64,000 nt of DNA from Hyphomicrobiales bacterium. GTDB lineage: Bacteria; Pseudomonadota; Alphaproteobacteria; Rhizobiales; NORP267. Positions 60,378 through 64,000 of this stretch are shown in pieces. Made by a program: the position numbers and the translations under genes. The notes beneath the pieces are model-generated. The model was not told the DNA's origin, did not search any database, and was given only the letters and a program-made list of their open reading frames with translations. Every line of letters begins with the position of its first letter. The stretch's first letter is position 1. The DNA lies in contig JAJFHA010000011.1 of NCBI GenBank assembly GCA_021775875.1, forward strand, positions 74,178-138,177. The letters are read 5' to 3'.

Positions 60378-61509
60378 ATGCGCGCAGAAGCTCAATCCCT
60401 TGCCGATGATATCAAGGAGGCCATAAGCCTTCTGAGGAGGCATCTTTGACTGGGATGTCGCCAATGGCCGTCTTGAAGAATTGAACAAGGCTGCCGAAGA
60501 CCCTGATCTGTGGAACGATACTGCAAACGCCCAGCGATTGATGCGTGAACGCCAACAACTGGATGCCGGTATCAATGCTGTCACCAATATGCAAACCGGC
60601 CTGAGCGACGCCTGCGAACTGATAGAAATGGCAGAGGAAGAAGGCGACGAAGCCGTGGTTGACGAAGCCATTGCCGGGTTGCGCACTTTGTCCAAAGAAG
60701 CAGCAAAGGCCCAGTTGGAAACGTTGCTCTCAGGCGAAGCTGATGGCAATGACGCTTATATTGAAATTCATGCTGGCGCTGGCGGAACCGAAAGCCAGGA
60801 CTGGGCCGAAATGCTGTTGCGCATGTATGCGCGCTGGGCTGAGTCTAAGGGTAACAAATCTGAAATTATTCAATCGACGCCTGGTGAAGAAGCCGGGATC
60901 AAATCTGCCACTTTGTTGATCAAAGGCACAAACGCCTATGGTTGGCTGAAAACAGAATCCGGCGTGCATCGTCTGGTTCGCATTTCACCTTACGATTCAA
61001 ACGCCCGGCGACACACAAGTTTTGCCAGCGCCTGGGTGTACCCGGTTGTGGATGACGCCATCGAGATTGAAGTATCCGAAAGCGATGTGCGGATCGATAC
61101 CTACCGCGCCAGCGGTGCAGGGGGACAGCATGTGAACACCACCGACAGCGCCGTTCGGATCACGCATTTAGCTACCGGTATTGTTGTTCAATGTCAGAAC
61201 CAGCGCTCTCAACATAAAAACAAGGCAACCGCCTGGTCGATGTTGCGAGCGCGGTTATATGAGAAAGAATTGCAGGAACGCGAATCCGCGGCTCAGGATG
61301 CTGCCGCTTCTAAAACTGAAATCGGGTGGGGTCACCAAATCCGCTCCTACGTGCTGCAGCCCTATCAATTGGTGAAAGACTTGCGCACAGGCGTTGAGCA
61401 TACCAACCCCTCATTTGTCCTTGATGGGGGGCTTGATGAATTCATGGCCGCAGCTTTGGCTCAACGTGTCGATGGCAGCGACGGGATCGAAGTTGAAGAC
61501 CTCGAATAA
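60378..61509 (+). CDS. prfB: Peptide chain release factor 2, needs a programmed +1 frameshift: join(60378..60446,60448..61509)
   Basis: Frame 0 reads [23 protein letters not shown] then TGA at 60447. The +1 frame continues [24 protein letters not shown]... through SPYDS and GGQHVN to 61509, for about 376 aa joined. Confidence 0.95.
60435..60450 (+). promoter_or_regulatory. RF2 autoregulatory frameshift site (internal SD + CTT TGA C)
   Basis: AGGAGG (60435-60440), 3 nt, then the slippery CTT TGA C at 60444-60450. Canonical prfB recoding signal. Confidence 0.93.
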
Positions 61510-61538
61510 TCAGAACTGCAGTGTGATTTTTAAAAGCT

Positions 61539-62909
61539 TTAATTGATCAGATAATCGTCGCCGGTTTGCAAAAACCGCATAGGGTCAATTGTGCTGCCGT
61601 TGCGGCGTACTTCATAATGCAAATGCGGCCCGGTACTGCGGCCTGTAGAACCGACTTTTCCGATCACATCACCTGTAGAGACATGCTGACCGACACGCAC
61701 ATCAATCGCACTCATATGGGCGTAACGGGTCGATAGTCCGGAACTGTGCCTGATTTCTACAATTTTGCCATAGCCACCTGAGCGACCAGCATTTGTAACT
61801 TCACCGTCCGCTGTCGCCAGGATTGGGGTGCCTGTGCCAGCGCGGAAATCGATGCCGCCATGAAACGCGGGTCGACGATGGATCGGGTCAAGCCGTGAGC
61901 CGTACCGACTGGTAATTACTTGGGACGTGGGCAGAGGGCGATGTACCGGAAATTCCAGCAAGACATTATAAAGCGAATCTGCCTGACCAAGACGCATGCG
62001 GATGCGCTGCATCTGGAGATCGAAATCATTGCGGATCGCAATCGGCGTAGGGCCGATGCCGATCCGCGAGCCATCTTCCGAAAGCCCTGTTTCAACTATG
62101 TGGTTTTCGAGCACATCACGAGGCGTGATCCCGATCTGCACGGTCGCCCTTGTCATCATTTGAACAGCAATCTTGGCGTTGGTCTCCATGCGTTGCAATG
62201 TTGCAAATTGCTCTGTTTCCATGAGATTTTGCCGGTTCGCCAAATGCATCAATTCGCGGTCTGCTCTGTTTGTGGAGCGGGCCGGGAGCCCGGTTTCAGC
62301 CAGACTTGTGAAGGGGAGCCTTGAAACAGTGCGCGGATATTCATCAGCAGGAAATATCAGTCGTATGATGCCAGCGCTCAAAGGACCACCCCTGGCGTCT
62401 GTTGCGGCGTCGTGGTTCTGGTGGGCCGCTGCGGTGCTTCCCGTTATATTTTCCTCGGCTCGGTCGGCTAAGGATGCCGCCTGAATTTGATGCGGGTGTG
62501 CTGCTAGGGCGGAAATCTGGTTATGACGTGTTTCCAGCAGGGCCTGACGTTCGCGAATTCGGCCAACCTTGATGTCAAACTCGTCCTCGTTGAGCATCAG
62601 CTGACCGGTAATGACCCCGATTTCGCCACGCAATCCGGCAATGCGCTCTTCATAACCAGCTTGCAAATGCCGCCTTTCTTTTAATGCGGCCGTCAACAGG
62701 TCATCATGCAACAGGATGTATATGCTTGTAAGCGCAGCCCAGCCGGCCAATATGAACAAAGCGCCAAACCCGAACATCTTTGCCATGGTCGCATCCTTGA
62801 GGCGAGAAATTCCGCCACGAAGTTCCAACTCATAATAATCAGGCTCAAGCAAAGAATTAGGCTTGCGAAATTCTTCCGCATGCCAACCGGGCGTGTGTAA
62901 GGGCTTCAT
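61539..62909 (-). CDS. M23 (LytM)-family peptidoglycan metalloendopeptidase with membrane anchor and coiled coil
   Basis: 456 aa with a TM segment FGFGALFILAGWAALTSIYIL, a coiled-coil middle, and a C-terminal LytM domain (FHGGIDF ... GPHLHYEV). Confidence 0.88.
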   Translation of the reverse strand: MKPLHTPGWHAEEFRKPNSLLEPDYYELELRGGISRLKDATMAKMFGFGALFILAGWAALTSIYILLHDDLLTAALKERRHLQAGYEERIAGLRGEIGVITGQLMLNEDEFDIKVGRIRERQALLETRHNQISALAAHPHQIQAASLADRAEENITGSTAAAHQNHDAATDARGGPLSAGIIRLIFPADEYPRTVSRLPFTSLAETGLPARSTNRADRELMHLANRQNLMETEQFATLQRMETNAKIAVQMMTRATVQIGITPRDVLENHIVETGLSEDGSRIGIGPTPIAIRNDFDLQMQRIRMRLGQADSLYNVLLEFPVHRPLPTSQVITSRYGSRLDPIHRRPAFHGGIDFRAGTGTPILATADGEVTNAGRSGGYGKIVEIRHSSGLSTRYAHMSAIDVRVGQHVSTGDVIGKVGSTGRSTGPHLHYEVRRNGSTIDPMRFLQTGDDYLIN

Positions 62910-63014
62910 GTTTGTTCTATACGCTCTACATCAAAACAAAGATTGCCCTATTCATCCTTTGCTAAGGTTAATTTCTCGCTAACGAATTGGCTTTGCCGGA
63001 CTTGAAAATGTGGT

Positions 63015-63503
63015 TTATCTCAGTTCCTGAGCCGCTTTCAGGACGGCGTCCACATGGCCGGTAACCTTCACTTTGCGCCAGATGTTTGCGATCTTACCCT
63101 TGGGATCGATCAGGAAAGTTGCCCTCTCAATCCCCATATATTTCCGGCCATACATGTTTTTCTCAACCCAGACGCCATAATCCTCGACCATCTTTTTCTC
63201 TTCGTCAGAAACAAGAATCAGGTCCAGTGAATGCTTCGCCTTGAATTTGTCATGGGACGCAACGGAATCCGCCGATACGCCGATAATTTCCGTATTGTTG
63301 GCCCGAAACGCATCTTGCGCCTCGCTGAAACCAATCGATTCTTTGGTGCATCCACTGGTGTCATCTTTGGGGTAAAAATAGACAACGATATTTTTCCCGG
63401 TAAACTCTTTAAGTGAAATGGTTGCGCCGCCATCACGTGGCAACGTGAATGGGGGAGCTTTATTGCCTTCAACCACGTTACCTGGACTATCAGTATTTCC
63501 CAT
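63015..63503 (-). CDS. bcp: Thioredoxin-dependent thiol peroxidase (Bcp / PrxQ)
   Basis: ATG 63503 is preceded by AAGGAAGG. APPFTLP... and the peroxidatic Cys in YPKDDTSGCTKE. Confidence 0.9.
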   Translation of the reverse strand: MGNTDSPGNVVEGNKAPPFTLPRDGGATISLKEFTGKNIVVYFYPKDDTSGCTKESIGFSEAQDAFRANNTEIIGVSADSVASHDKFKAKHSLDLILVSDEEKKMVEDYGVWVEKNMYGRKYMGIERATFLIDPKGKIANIWRKVKVTGHVDAVLKAAQELR

Positions 63504-63742
63504 ATTTTGCCTTCCTTTAGTCACTTTCCCGGTCTAACTCTCATAGTTCAAATTAGCCGACAATGCTGCCATTGCAAGGCGGCACGGAAAACCTCTCGGA
63601 TAGTGGGTTGCGCCTTGGCCGATTGGCGGTCAAAACTGCAATTCAATTCACGCAAATTACGGACAATCGGTTGTCTGGTACCATTGAACCAAAAGACGGC
63701 AACGCTGCGGGTCGCAGAAGCAGGGCGCTGAGTAAAATCAGA

Positions 63743-64000
63743 TTGTCCGGGATACCCGCGATACTGAAACTTGGTTCGGGCAACCCGGGCAAAAGACGGC
63801 GGCGATGGCTTCTTTTGGGCGTGGAGTTTGTCGCTGGTATTACCGTCGCGCTTGCTATCCTTGCTGGATTGGTCGCGTGGCGCATTTCTGACGGAGAAAT
63901 TTCCCTCGATTTTTTGGCAGGACCTGTTGAGCGAGCCATCAACAGCGAATTGGACGGATATAATGTTCAGGTTGGCGGCGCGATTCTGGAGCGGGCTGAC
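63743..64000 (+). CDS. 5' part of a large membrane-anchored protein (AsmA/YhdP-like?), runs off window end
   Basis: The frame containing 63821 is open to the window end: ...GKRRRRWLLLGVEFVAGITVALAILAGLVAWRISDGEISLDFLAGPVERAINSELDGYNVQVGGAILERAD. This is a basic stretch, a TM anchor, then an extended domain. The start is uncertain (TTG 63743, or ATG 63563 at the earliest). The family guess is from memory. Confidence 0.4.
   Translation, partial: MSGIPAILKLGSGNPGKRRRRWLLLGVEFVAGITVALAILAGLVAWRISDGEISLDFLAGPVERAINSELDGYNVQVGGAILERAD

Noticed and set aside
63643-63942. Minus-strand ORF of 99 aa at the right end.
   Set aside because: It is the shadow of the plus-strand open frame, which has a clear basic-stretch plus TM-anchor N-terminus and continues off the window.
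1-64000. Looked for tRNA/rRNA/tmRNA/SRP/RNase P signatures, CRISPR-like spaced repeats, IS inverted repeats, and integrase, transposase or phage genes.
   Set aside because: I found no T-loop (GGTTCGAATCC-like) context and no conserved SRP or RNase P core strings. There is no regularly spaced repeat array, and no ORF has recombinase or transposase motifs. The manual scan is not exhaustive; tRNAscan-SE, Infernal and ISfinder would settle it.

Overview
This 64-kb chromosomal segment reads like a moderate-GC alphaproteobacterium. Supporting markers are hdaA, an NDUFA12-like/DUF2155 pair, a 1226-aa B12-type NrdJ with a zinc-ribbon tail, an RNase E with an acidic S1 insertion, and the purN-purM / DUF2066-pgsA-AI-2E-hdaA-ppk-ppx / rnd / aspS block. 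I support about 58 protein genes. I saw no tRNA, rRNA, CRISPR array, IS element, integrase or phage gene. Most of the window is housekeeping: purine synthesis, polyphosphate, aspS, nrdJ, aroQ-accB-accC-aat, rne, amiC, mrcA, and prfB with its +1 frameshift site. The one clearly accessory block lies at about 21.3-39.9 kb, between aspS and nrdJ. It holds an acidic secreted protein of unknown function, a short OYE-type flavoenzyme, and a Liv-type ABC importer. It also holds a full aerobic benzoyl-CoA epoxide (box) set: bclA, boxR, boxC, boxB, boxA, plus a hydrolase, a thioesterase and an FAD oxidoreductase. No boxD-type aldehyde dehydrogenase is present. The block ends in a cluster of three REP-like GNRA-loop hairpins and an AT-rich small membrane-protein gene. 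The most unusual item is an RDD-family domain fused in frame to the LivM-type permease of the box-linked transporter. Other items worth a look are the 812-bp non-coding gap upstream of nrdJ, the 467-bp structured gap upstream of the transporter, and the 763-bp rne-amiC gap. I found no convincing new multi-gene system such as a defence system. All family calls come from motif reading and memory, not from searches.
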